Below, in pieces: positions 32,037 through 40,694 of a stretch of DNA of 64,000 nucleotides. Within the stretch, counting starts at the first letter, position 1. Each line of letters opens with the position of its first letter. The stretch covers positions 3,417 through 67,416 of the forward strand of contig JARGPD010000003.1 of the NCBI GenBank assembly GCA_029212845.1. Reading direction: 5' to 3'. Under the pieces are notes generated by a model. That model made no database searches. It was not told the DNA's origin and worked only from the letters and a program-made list of their open reading frames with translations. A program made the translations under genes and the position numbers. This DNA comes from Planctomycetota bacterium. GTDB lineage: Bacteria; Planctomycetota; UBA1135; GCA-002686595.

Positions 32037-32534
32037 ATGCTCCACCTGCTGAAGAACGTCCTGCTCGCCACCAGCCTGGCGCTGGTCCCCGCCTGCTACT
32101 CGGGCTACTTCTACTCCGACAACCCCTACTCGCAGCTGCTCGACCACGAGGCCGTCCTGCGCCAGTCGTCGGACCTGGGCACCAACTGGAACATCGGGGC
32201 GTCCAGCTGGAGCGGCTACAGCGACGAGGACGGCTTCCACAACGTCGTGTCGCTCGCGGCCGAGTTCGAGTGCCAGCCGGCGCAGCTCGAGGCCTTCGCC
32301 CAGGCCCTGCACGCCTACCTGGAGGAGGACATCTTCGGCTCCGGATTCCACCTGACCCCCGAGGCGTCCAAGGTCGAAGCCCTGGCCTCGAGCGGCGGGC
32401 TCGGGCCGCGCGCGACGATCGACCTAGAGTGGGAGTCCGCCAACAGCCGCGGCTCGCTGAACGTCACGATCACGACGGGCGCGCGCAGTGGGCTCTTCGA
32501 CCTGGCCTTGCGGATCGACGAGCGAGCGCTCTAG
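32037..32534 (+). CDS. Small lipoprotein, unknown function
   Basis: MLHLLKNVLLATSLALVPAC lipobox. Shares the motif EEDIFGSGFHL with the next gene. Confidence 0.6.
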   Translation: MLHLLKNVLLATSLALVPACYSGYFYSDNPYSQLLDHEAVLRQSSDLGTNWNIGASSWSGYSDEDGFHNVVSLAAEFECQPAQLEAFAQALHAYLEEDIFGSGFHLTPEASKVEALASSGGLGPRATIDLEWESANSRGSLNVTITTGARSGLFDLALRIDERAL

Positions 32535-32547
32535 TCCGGCGCACACC

Positions 32548-33039
32548 ATGGCTCTCCGCCTACTGCTCGCGCTGGCGCTGCTCTTCGCCTGCTCCTGCGG
32601 CCGCGGCTTCAGCAGTCACGGCCAGGCCTACGCGGGCCTCGCCGACCCCCAGGAGCTGATGCTGGCCCTCGATGACGAGGTGCTGGCGGTGGGCTCGCGC
32701 GGCACGAGCGGTGGCTCGAGCGTGGGCCCTAGTGGCTGGAACAGCTCCTACCGCACGACCGCCTGGTTCACCTGCGAGCCGAAGGACCGCGCTGCGATCG
32801 AGGACGAGCTCTTCGAGCTGGTCCAAGAGGACATCTTCGGCGCCGGCTTCTTCCTGGTGGAGGACGCTGCCGCCCTGCAGCGCTACCCGACCAGCGACCC
32901 GCTCCGCAAGGGCGCCACCGTGATGACCTTCGCCTGGGAGGCGACCGGCAGCCAGGGCGGCTTGGTGCTCAGCGTCAACGCCGGCTCGAGCCCGGAAGAG
33001 TTCATCACCACCTGGGACTTCGAAGAGTCCAGCCTCTAG
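32548..33039 (+). CDS. Small lipoprotein, paralog of 32037..32534
   Basis: MALRLLLALALLFACSC lipobox. Motif QEDIFGAGFFL. The two proteins have similar length and a similar C-terminal pattern (SANSRGSLNVTITTG versus ATGSQGGLVLSVNAG). Confidence 0.6.
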   Translation: MALRLLLALALLFACSCGRGFSSHGQAYAGLADPQELMLALDDEVLAVGSRGTSGGSSVGPSGWNSSYRTTAWFTCEPKDRAAIEDELFELVQEDIFGAGFFLVEDAAALQRYPTSDPLRKGATVMTFAWEATGSQGGLVLSVNAGSSPEEFITTWDFEESSL

Positions 33040-33101
33040 CCCGGCGAAGTAGCCCGCGGCACGGTGGAATCCGGGCGCCGGAGTTCGCAAGATCCGGGTC
33101 C

Positions 33102-34256
33102 ATGAAGCTCCTCGGAACCCTGCTCCTGTTCGGCCTCGCGGCCTGTGTCTCGAACCCCAACTACGACCGCGCCCTCGAGGAGGGTGCGCCGGCCCTGCTC
33201 GAGGTGCCTAGCGATGAGGTCCCCGACTTCGCCATGGACTGGTCCCTGCGCGAGGAGATCCTGCCGGCCCTCGACCGCTCGATCGACTGGATCCATCGCG
33301 GTCACGCGAAGAACCACTTCCCGATCGAGGGCGTCGACATCCAGCGCGCCCGCGCCAGCCTGGAGCGCTTCCGCGAGCTCTTGACCACGTCCACGAGCCG
33401 CAAGGACTTCGACCGCTCGGTCCGCGAGGAGTTCACCTGGTACAAGAGCGCCGGCTGGAACGGCCGAGGCGGAGGGGTCCTGTTCACAGGCTACTGCACG
33501 CCCCTGCTCGAGGGCAGCCTGACCCAGGGTGGCGGGTACGACTACCCGCTGTACGCCCTGCCCGACGACCTGATCAAGCACGACCAGGGCACGCGCGTGA
33601 CCTGGGCCGTGGGCGGCGGCGAGCTGCCCTACCCCAGCCGCTCGGCGATCGAGGCTGGCGCCATGCTGGAGGGCAAGGGCCTCGAGCTCGCCTGGCTCAA
33701 GGACCCGGTAGACGCCTTCATCGCCCACGTCAACGGCTCGGCCTTCATCCGCCTGCCCGACGGCGGCATCCACCGCCTCGGCTACGCCGGCAAGAACGGC
33801 GCGCCCTACCACAGCCTGGGCAAGGAGCTGATCAACGACGGCATCCTGCCGCGCGACGGCCTGAACCTGCAGCGCATCCGCCAGTGGGCCCAGGACGCGC
33901 CGCCGAGCCAGGTCACCGAGTACCTGCACCGCAACCCGTCCTACGTCTTCTTCCAGCCGATCGAGGGCACGCCCCACGGCAGCCTCGACGTGCCCGTCAC
34001 GGCCAAGCGCTCGGTCGCCACCGACAAGACGCTCTTCCCGCGCGCCTCGATCCTGTTCGTCGATGCCGACCTGCCCGGCGCGCACGACGGCGAGCGCATC
34101 CCCATGCACCAATTCCTGTTCGACCAGGACACCGGCGGAGCGATCCGCACCGCCGGGCGCGCCGACCTGTACATGGGCATCGGCCCGGCCGCCGAGGAGC
34201 TCGCCGGTCGCATCAAGACCGAAGGCCAGATGTACTACCTCTTCCTGAAGGAGTAG
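33102..34256 (+). CDS. mltA: Membrane-bound lytic murein transglycosylase A
   Basis: Lipobox LFGLAAC. Motifs FTGYCTPLLEGS, AFIAHVNGSAFIRLPDG, YHSLGKELI, NPSYVFF and DQDTGGAIR..GRADLYMG (3D domain). Confidence 0.85.
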   Translation: MKLLGTLLLFGLAACVSNPNYDRALEEGAPALLEVPSDEVPDFAMDWSLREEILPALDRSIDWIHRGHAKNHFPIEGVDIQRARASLERFRELLTTSTSRKDFDRSVREEFTWYKSAGWNGRGGGVLFTGYCTPLLEGSLTQGGGYDYPLYALPDDLIKHDQGTRVTWAVGGGELPYPSRSAIEAGAMLEGKGLELAWLKDPVDAFIAHVNGSAFIRLPDGGIHRLGYAGKNGAPYHSLGKELINDGILPRDGLNLQRIRQWAQDAPPSQVTEYLHRNPSYVFFQPIEGTPHGSLDVPVTAKRSVATDKTLFPRASILFVDADLPGAHDGERIPMHQFLFDQDTGGAIRTAGRADLYMGIGPAAEELAGRIKTEGQMYYLFLKE

Positions 34257-34292
34257 CGCCGGGTGGCGTAGAGTCCGGGCCCAGCTCCCCCC

Positions 34293-34844
34293 ATGACCCC
34301 CCCTGCGAACAATCCCGCTAGCGCGCCCACCGCGACCCCAGATCGACCGAGCTCCATCGGTCGCCTGGTCGCCGTCTGCATCGGCCCCGGCGGGATCCCC
34401 AAGCGCACGGTCGAGCGCGCCAAGCTGACGACCGCGGGGCTGGAGGGCGATCGCCACCGGCACCCCAAGCATGGCGGCGAGGCGCGCGCCCTGTGCCTCT
34501 TGTCCGCGGCCGAGAAGCAGAGCCTGGCCGAGGACGGGGTCGTCGGTGCGCTCGAGCCCGGCACCTTCGGCGAGAACCTCCTGATCGACGGGCTGGACTT
34601 CGCGGACCTGCGCCCAGGGGACCGGCTGTCCTTCGCGCGCGTGCCCGGTGCGGGGGTGGCCGGCGGGCGTGTGGTGTGTGAGCTCAGCGACCTGCGCGCA
34701 CCTTGCATCACGCTCGAGTCCGTCGACGTGCGCCTGCCCGACCTGATGTGCGGCCGCAGCGGCTTCGTCGCGCGCGTGGTCGAGGTGGGCGGGACGGGCG
34801 AGCTGATCGCCGGCATGGCCGTCGAGGTCCTCGGCTCGGCATGA
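34293..34844 (+). CDS. MOSC domain protein
   Basis: Motifs GIPKRTVERAKLTTAGLEGDRHRHPKHGG..RALCLLS and GTFGENLLIDGLDFADLRPGDRL. Confidence 0.8.
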   Translation: MTPPANNPASAPTATPDRPSSIGRLVAVCIGPGGIPKRTVERAKLTTAGLEGDRHRHPKHGGEARALCLLSAAEKQSLAEDGVVGALEPGTFGENLLIDGLDFADLRPGDRLSFARVPGAGVAGGRVVCELSDLRAPCITLESVDVRLPDLMCGRSGFVARVVEVGGTGELIAGMAVEVLGSA

Positions 34845-35815
34845 GCACCCACCCCGAGGCCCCCACCACGGACGTGCTCGAGGTCCAGTGCGACGACTGC
34901 GGCGCGACCCTGACCATGCCGCGTCACCGCTTCGCCGCGGTGTGTCCCTACTGCGCCTCGGGCTCGGTCATCGATCGCCCCGTCGATCCGAACGGCGAGG
35001 CCAGCGCACGCCGGGAGGCCCCCGACTTCATCCTCGGCTTCGACGTCACCCGCGCCGAGGCCGAGCGCCGGGTGGCAGGCTGGCTCGGACGCAGGCGCCT
35101 GTTCGCCCCCGGCGCGGTGCGCAACGCGAAGGTCACCGACACCCAGGGCATCTACCTGCCCGCCTGGCTCTACGGGTCGGTGGCCGACGCCCGCTACGAG
35201 GCCAGCATCGGCGAGAACTACACGGTCACCGAGACCTACACGACCACCGACGCCAAGGGCAAGACGACCACCCACACCCGCACGCGCACCGAGACCGAGT
35301 GGCGGCCCCTCTCCGGTCCCTACCACAGCTACGTGCTGGACGTGCTGGTCACCGCCAGCGCAGGCCTCGGCAACGACGAGCTCGAGTCGATCGAGCCCTT
35401 CGACCTGCGCGCCCTGCGGCGCTACGACCCGGCCGTCGTCTCGGGCTTTGCCGCGGAGGAGGCGACCCTCGACGCGGACACCGGCTTCGAGCGCGCACGC
35501 GACGAAGCGATGGGCATCTTGAAGCATCAGGTGAAGCAGTTCCTGCCCGGGGACAGCTCGCAGCTCAAGCACCTCGACGCCGAGTTCGCCGAGGAGAACA
35601 CCGACCTGGTGCTGCTGCCGATCTGGGTCTTTGCCGCGCGCTACCAAGTCGGCTCCGAGGAGCGCAGGCTGCGCATCCTGGTCAACGGCCAGACCGGCGA
35701 GGTGCAGGGCGAGGTGCCGAACTCGAAGATCAAGATCGCGATCTTCACCCTGGCCATGGTCGCCTTGGTCGCCCTGCTCGTGCTGGTCGGCTTCGCGATC
35801 GGAGGCATGTCGTGA
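34841..35815 (+). CDS. Tail-anchored zinc-ribbon protein, unknown function
   Basis: The ATG at 34841 overlaps the MOSC stop (ATGA). Zinc ribbon CDDCG-N13-CPYC, then about 270 aa of soluble region, then a single C-terminal TM helix IAIFTLAMVALVALLVLVGFAIG. Confidence 0.7.
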   Translation: MSTHPEAPTTDVLEVQCDDCGATLTMPRHRFAAVCPYCASGSVIDRPVDPNGEASARREAPDFILGFDVTRAEAERRVAGWLGRRRLFAPGAVRNAKVTDTQGIYLPAWLYGSVADARYEASIGENYTVTETYTTTDAKGKTTTHTRTRTETEWRPLSGPYHSYVLDVLVTASAGLGNDELESIEPFDLRALRRYDPAVVSGFAAEEATLDADTGFERARDEAMGILKHQVKQFLPGDSSQLKHLDAEFAEENTDLVLLPIWVFAARYQVGSEERRLRILVNGQTGEVQGEVPNSKIKIAIFTLAMVALVALLVLVGFAIGGMS

Positions 35816-36789
35816 GCGCCGGTGAGCGCATCGGCTCGTGCGAGCGCTGCCAGAGCCCGCTCGAGCGCGGCGACCTGCGCTGCGCGATCTGCGGCAAGAC
35901 GACCCCCGATGTGGGGCCGGCGCTCGAGGCCGTCCGGGTCCAGGTCCTGCGCTGCGAGGGCTGCGGCGCGGCGGTCCAGTACGACCCCGCCGTCGGAGCT
36001 CCGGCCTGTGCCTTCTGCGCCTCGGTCACCCACCTCGAGGAGCTGGTCGATCCCGTCGAGCAGACCGGCGCCTTCGCCCCGTTCACCGTCGCGCGCGCCG
36101 ACGCCACCGCGGCCCTGAAGCAGTGGCTCGGCGGCCAGGGCTTCTTCCGCCCAGCCGACCTCGCCTCGCGCGCCAGCCTCGAGAAGCTGCAGCCGATCCT
36201 GTGGGTCGCCTGGGTCTTCGACGCGCGCTGCCAGGTGACCTGGGCGGCGGACTCCAACAAGGGCTCCCTGCGCTCGGCTTGGGCGCCCCACTCGGGCGAG
36301 ACCCACCTGACCTTCCAGGACGTCTTGGTCTCGGCCTCGCGCGGTCTTTCCGACGACGAGGTCGATGCGCTCGTCGACAGCTACTCGCTCGACGGGCTGA
36401 CGCCAGAGCCCGCGGCCGAGGTCGAGCTGGACCTGGCGAGCGTGCACGTCGAGAGCTTCGACGTGCAGCGCTCGGCCGCCCGCCGGCGCATCGTCGCCGG
36501 CGTCGAGTCCGCCGCCGCGCGCCGCATCGAGGCCGACCACATCCCCGGAAGTCGCTTCCGCAACGTGCACACGTCGATCCTGCTCGAGGGCCTCGAGACC
36601 CGCCGCCTGGCCTTCCCCGCGTGGGTCCTGGCCTACCGCTACAAGCAGAAGCTCTACCGCGCGGTCATCTCGGGCCAGGACGCGAGCGTCATCACCGGCA
36701 AGGCACCCTGGGCGATCGGCCGGATCCTGATGGTGGTGCTGCTGGCCCTCGCCGCCATCGCCCTGGTGGCCGTCGCAGCTGCGATCTGA
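35812..36789 (+). CDS. Tail-anchored double zinc-ribbon protein, paralog of 34841..35815
   Basis: The GTG at 35812 overlaps the upstream stop (GTGA). Zinc ribbons CERC-N10-CAIC and CEGC-N15-CAFC. Shared pattern after the ribbon (F.V.RA.A......W). C-terminal TM helix ILMVVLLALAAIALVAVAAAI. Confidence 0.7.
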   Translation: MSAGERIGSCERCQSPLERGDLRCAICGKTTPDVGPALEAVRVQVLRCEGCGAAVQYDPAVGAPACAFCASVTHLEELVDPVEQTGAFAPFTVARADATAALKQWLGGQGFFRPADLASRASLEKLQPILWVAWVFDARCQVTWAADSNKGSLRSAWAPHSGETHLTFQDVLVSASRGLSDDEVDALVDSYSLDGLTPEPAAEVELDLASVHVESFDVQRSAARRRIVAGVESAAARRIEADHIPGSRFRNVHTSILLEGLETRRLAFPAWVLAYRYKQKLYRAVISGQDASVITGKAPWAIGRILMVVLLALAAIALVAVAAAI

Positions 36790-36876
36790 CCTGCGCCGGA
36801 AGCCTCCGCCCACTGACCCAGCCCCCGAGTTCGGTCAGCGCTTCGTGGGACACCTCGAGCTGGGTTCCAGGGCTGT

Positions 36877-37119
36877 CTAGGCGGGGTGGAGCTGCCTGGG
36901 ACGGGGCGTTCGGGCTTCAGTCAGCGATGCGAAGTGATGCTGGTTCAGGCACTCCTCGCGGACGCGGCCGTTGAAGCTCTCGGCGTAGGCGTTCTCCGTC
37001 GGCTTCCCGGGACGGATGAAGTGCAGCGTGATGCCTTGGCTTTGGGCCCAGGCGTCGAGGGCCTTGCTCATGGAGTCCATCGACCACCGCTCCAGCGGTG
37101 CGGTCACCTCCGCGAGCAC
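36877..37119 (-). pseudogene. Fragment of an IS3-family transposase (C-terminal part of the rve integrase core)
   Basis: WAQSQGITLHFIRPGKPTENAYAESFNGRVREECLNQHHFASLTEAR matches the conserved IS3/IS2/IS407-type OrfB end, including the catalytic E region. Upstream and downstream continuations in all frames lose similarity. No OrfA, no N-terminal DD residues and no recognisable terminal repeats. Confidence 0.65.
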
Positions 37120-37218
37120 CTCTCCTGCGATTGGAAGCCGAGAAGCCCCTGAAGTGCCGTGCTGCGGATCAGCGAACGGGGGGCCAGCTTCAGGACCGGT
37201 CGACGCCGACCCGTGGCG

Positions 37219-37782
37219 CTACAGGACCTCGGCGAAGAGGTTCGACTCGGGGTTCGGGATCACGACCTTCGAGACGAGCAGGCCGCGGCGGCCGATCTCG
37301 TGGGCGCCGGCTTCGACGCCTGCGCGCACCTGGCTGACCTCGCCGGTCAGCATCAGGTAGCCCTTGCCGCCGATCGCCATGGCGACGTGGATGCGGAAGA
37401 GCTTCACGTCGGCGGCCTTCACCGCCGCGTCCGCGCCCTCGACGATGGCCGTCACGCTGAAGGCCTCGAGGATGCCGAGGGCGTTCTTGTCGTCCTCGGT
37501 CAGGGAGACCGCGCCGGAGATGGCCGGAAAGATGCGCTCGTCCACGTCCGGGATCATCAGGTCGTCGATCAGCGCCTCGCGCGAGCAGCCCTTGCCGGCA
37601 TCGACGCTGGCCTGCACGGCCGCGACCGCTCCGCCGACCATGATCATGTACTTGCCCGAGCAGATCGTGCGCGCGACCAAGAGCTCGACGTCGGACGCCT
37701 TCAGCATCGCGTCCTGGACCTGGTAGGCGACCGCGATCGACGACAGCTCGAGCATGCCGAGCGCTTCCATCTTGAAACTCAT
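37219..37782 (-). CDS. pduT: Tandem-domain BMC shell protein, PduT-like (BMC-T)
   Basis: MEALGMLELSSIAVAYQVQDAMLKASDVELLVARTICSGKYMIMVGG... and a second BMC domain ALGILEAFSVTAIVEGADAAVKAADVKLFRIHVAMAIGGKGYLMLTG. Colinear with Salmonella PduT as I remember it, including the Cys in TIC(S/P)GK. ATGA overlap with pduS. Confidence 0.9.
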   Translation of the reverse strand: MSFKMEALGMLELSSIAVAYQVQDAMLKASDVELLVARTICSGKYMIMVGGAVAAVQASVDAGKGCSREALIDDLMIPDVDERIFPAISGAVSLTEDDKNALGILEAFSVTAIVEGADAAVKAADVKLFRIHVAMAIGGKGYLMLTGEVSQVRAGVEAGAHEIGRRGLLVSKVVIPNPESNLFAEVL

Positions 37783-39089
37783 TGATCTCTCCGGATGACG
37801 ATGTGGTCGCCGACCTCGGTCACGGTGCCGTCGATCGAGGCGTGGATCGCGACGCCGAGCCCGTCGGGGGCGGCGCCGATCTCGTCGCCGACGCGCACCA
37901 GGGCGCCGACGGCCACGCGCGCCACTGCCGGCGCGCCGATGTGCTGCTGCAAGGGGATGCGGACCTCCGCCGGCTCCCAGCGCACGTCGACCAGCGGGCC
38001 GACGTTCTGGAAGCGCAAGAGGTCGAGCTTCTTCATCAGGCTCGAGACCGGCACGTGGCGGTAGTCCTGCATGGAGTGGGGCTTGGTGGGCTTGCCCTTG
38101 GCCGGGTGCTCGAGGCCCCTGAGCTTCATCATGACCTTGTTGTCGGCGCAGGCGTCCTTGGGGAACAGGTCCTCGGGGCACGCGTAGAGCGTGCACAGGT
38201 TGCACTCGCAGCAGAAGGAGCTGCCGAGGATCATAGCGTCGCCGACCATGTTGAACTCGAGCCCGCGCATCGCGAGGTGCGGCTCGACCGGGTGGCCCAG
38301 GAGGTAGCGCGGGCACAGCTCGGTGCAGAAGCTGCACTGGTCGCAGGCCGACTTGGCGATGATGTCGCGGGCCGGCTTCTCGACCTCGTAGCGCGTCACC
38401 AGACCGTGGCCCTCGGGGAAGCACAGGAGGCCACCGGTCGTGCGCGTGACCACGGTCGAGTAGTCCTTGACCAGCTTGCCCATCATCACGCCGCCATCGA
38501 GCACACCGCCCAGGGTCGAGACGTCGACGCCGACAGCGGCAAGGACCTCGGCGTAGCTGATGCCGACCGGGGCGCGCACGGTGACCGGCTCGGGCACCAT
38601 GCCGCCGATGGTCAGGAACTTGTGGGTGACCGGCGCCGCCAAGGAGATGTTCAGCAGGGTCTCGACGTTGGTCACCACGCAGCCCACATCGAGGGGCAGG
38701 CCGCCGGGCGGCACCACGCGGCCGGTGGCCTCGTAGATCGTGATGAACTCGTCGCCGGCGGGGTAGAAGTCGCCCAGGGCGAACACCGTCAGGTGGTCCT
38801 CGGCGGCCAGGGCCTCCTCGAGCGCGGCGATGCGGTCGACGTACTTCTCCTTGATCGCGACGATGCCACGCGTGGCGCCGACCTCGTCCATCATGGAGCG
38901 CAGCCCGGCCAGGACGTGGTCCTGGTAGTGGTGCAGCAGCTCCTTGTCCTTGTGCAGCAGGGGCTCGCACTCGGCCGCGTTGACGATCACGATCTCGGCC
39001 GTGGCTTGGGCCTTCACGTAGGTCGGGAAGCCAGCGCCGCCGGCGCCGACCACGCCGTGGGAGCGCAGGCGATCAGTGAGGGTCGTCAT
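37779..39089 (-). CDS. pduS: PduS-like RnfC/Nqo1-family flavo-iron-sulfur oxidoreductase
   Basis: Start ATG at 39087-39089. Motifs GVVGAGGAGFPTYVK and VNAAECEPLLHKD. Two 4Fe-4S motifs, CDQCSFCTELCP and CCECNLCTLYACP. The track ORF is over-extended. Confidence 0.9.
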   Translation of the reverse strand: MTTLTDRLRSHGVVGAGGAGFPTYVKAQATAEIVIVNAAECEPLLHKDKELLHHYQDHVLAGLRSMMDEVGATRGIVAIKEKYVDRIAALEEALAAEDHLTVFALGDFYPAGDEFITIYEATGRVVPPGGLPLDVGCVVTNVETLLNISLAAPVTHKFLTIGGMVPEPVTVRAPVGISYAEVLAAVGVDVSTLGGVLDGGVMMGKLVKDYSTVVTRTTGGLLCFPEGHGLVTRYEVEKPARDIIAKSACDQCSFCTELCPRYLLGHPVEPHLAMRGLEFNMVGDAMILGSSFCCECNLCTLYACPEDLFPKDACADNKVMMKLRGLEHPAKGKPTKPHSMQDYRHVPVSSLMKKLDLLRFQNVGPLVDVRWEPAEVRIPLQQHIGAPAVARVAVGALVRVGDEIGAAPDGLGVAIHASIDGTVTEVGDHIVIRRDQ

Positions 39090-39130
39090 AGGGGGGAGGT
39101 GTCCGGGGTCCGGGCCGAGAGTATACGCCC

Positions 39131-39913
39131 TCAGAAGCCCTTGGCGAGGAAGCCCCCGTCGACCGCGAGCACCTGGCCCGTCACGTACGATGCCGCCGGG
39201 GAAGCCAGGAACGCGATCGGGGCCGCGACCTCGACGGGCTCGGCGATGCGGCCGAGGGGCGTCGCCTCCAGCACGCGCTCCAGGTAGGCCGGATCGCCAA
39301 GGACGCCCTCGACCAGCGGCGTGCGGGTGTACCAGGGCGAGACCGCGTTGACCCGCACCGGGCAGGCGGCCCACTCGACCGCTAGGTTGCGCACCAGCTG
39401 GGCCAGGGCCGCCTTGGTCATCGCGTAGGGGGCGCCGGTCGGGATGTGGGTGTGGCCCGCGACGGAAAGGACGTAGACGAGCGCGCTGTCCTGACCCCGG
39501 GCCAAGAGCGGGTAGGCGCCCATCGAGAGGGCGAAGGAGGCGTGCAGGTTGGTATCCAGGATGCCGGCATACTCTGCTGGGGAGTACTCCACGGCGGCCT
39601 TGCGCAGGTTGGTGCCGACGTTCGAGACGAGCGCGTCCAGTGCGCCCCCAAAGTGCCCATCGAGCCGCTCGAAGAGCGCCGCCCTGGCCCCCGGGTCGGT
39701 CACGTCCATGGCCAGCCCCTCGACGCGCCCCCCGGCGTCCGGGCCCAGGTCGCGACGCCACTCCGCGAGGCGCCGCTCGAGCCGCCCAGCGTCCCGCGCG
39801 ACGGTGAAGACCCGCGCCCCCTCGCCCAGCAAGAGCTCGACCACCGCCCGGCCGATGCCGCGCGTGCCGCCGGTCACGAGGACGCGGCGACCTGCCCAGC
39901 CCTTGGCCCCCAT
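39131..39913 (-). CDS. Short-chain dehydrogenase/reductase (tropinone-reductase-like)
   Basis: Motifs TGGTRGIGRA, NVGTN, YAMTKAAL and GQVLAVDGG. Start ATG at 39911-39913. Confidence 0.85.
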   Translation of the reverse strand: MGAKGWAGRRVLVTGGTRGIGRAVVELLLGEGARVFTVARDAGRLERRLAEWRRDLGPDAGGRVEGLAMDVTDPGARAALFERLDGHFGGALDALVSNVGTNLRKAAVEYSPAEYAGILDTNLHASFALSMGAYPLLARGQDSALVYVLSVAGHTHIPTGAPYAMTKAALAQLVRNLAVEWAACPVRVNAVSPWYTRTPLVEGVLGDPAYLERVLEATPLGRIAEPVEVAAPIAFLASPAASYVTGQVLAVDGGFLAKGF

Positions 39914-40581
39914 CACCAGGGCAGCTCGCGCCCGTCCTGGTGCCAGAAGCGGCCGGTGTTCTCGGGGCCGAGCTCCTCGATGCGCGCCAGGAGCCCGCGC
40001 ACGCTCTCCTCGACCGAGATGCCCCGGCCGCCGGTCATGTCCGTAGCGACCATGCCCGGGTGCAGCATGCCGACTGAGATGGTCCGGCTGGCCAGGTCGC
40101 GCGCCAGGCTCACGCCGGCCGCGTTGACCGCCGCCTTGGACATGCGGTAGCCGTAGGAGCCGCCCGAGCCGTTGTCCGTCATCGAGCCCATCAGGCTGGT
40201 GATGATCGCGATCTTGGAGTTCTCGTACAGGTTGTCGCGGAAGGCGCGCGTCAGGCGCAGCGGCCCCAGCGCGTTGGTGCGGAACATGCGCTCGGCCGCC
40301 GCGAAGGCCTCCTCGTCGAGCTCGTCCCAGTCCGCTCGCTCGTAGGACCCCGCGTTGTGGATCAGGACGTCGATGTCGATGCAGTCGAGCTCGAGCGCCA
40401 GGGGCTCGAGGGCGACCGGGTCGTTGACGTCGATGCCGTCGTAGACCGTCACGTCGAGGGCCGCGAGCTCGTCGCTGGAGGTGCGGCAGACGGCGAAGAT
40501 CTCTTCGTTGCGCGCGGCGAGCTGCCGGCAGAATTCGAGGCCGATGCCGCGGTTGGCGCCGGTGACCAGGTAGGACTGCAT
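39913..40581 (-). CDS. Short-chain dehydrogenase/reductase (C-factor/CsgA-like subgroup)
   Basis: Motifs TGANRGIGLE, NAGS, YRMSKAAVN and LHPGMVATDM. Its stop overlaps the next gene's start by 1 nt. Confidence 0.85.
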   Translation of the reverse strand: MQSYLVTGANRGIGLEFCRQLAARNEEIFAVCRTSSDELAALDVTVYDGIDVNDPVALEPLALELDCIDIDVLIHNAGSYERADWDELDEEAFAAAERMFRTNALGPLRLTRAFRDNLYENSKIAIITSLMGSMTDNGSGGSYGYRMSKAAVNAAGVSLARDLASRTISVGMLHPGMVATDMTGGRGISVEESVRGLLARIEELGPENTGRFWHQDGRELPW

Positions 40582-40694
40582 GGATCGGATCGGAGGCTGG
40601 GGTCAAAGGAGGTGCCCATGATGCCCTCGACCCCCCGCTCTGTGCCACCTGGTCGGCGACAATAGGGTGCCCCTAGCCTCCGGCTGCGCCCGAA

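Noticed and set aside
36790-37218. An intact IS element.
   Set aside because: Only about 60 codons of the transposase end are recognisable. There is no OrfA, no frameshift site and no terminal inverted repeats. It is called a fragment instead.
37219-40581. A complete bacterial microcompartment locus around pduS-pduT.
   Set aside because: No BMC-H or BMC-P (EutN/CcmL-type) translation appears in any frame of the track in this window, and there is no aldehyde dehydrogenase or PduL. It is reported as an orphan or satellite pair only.
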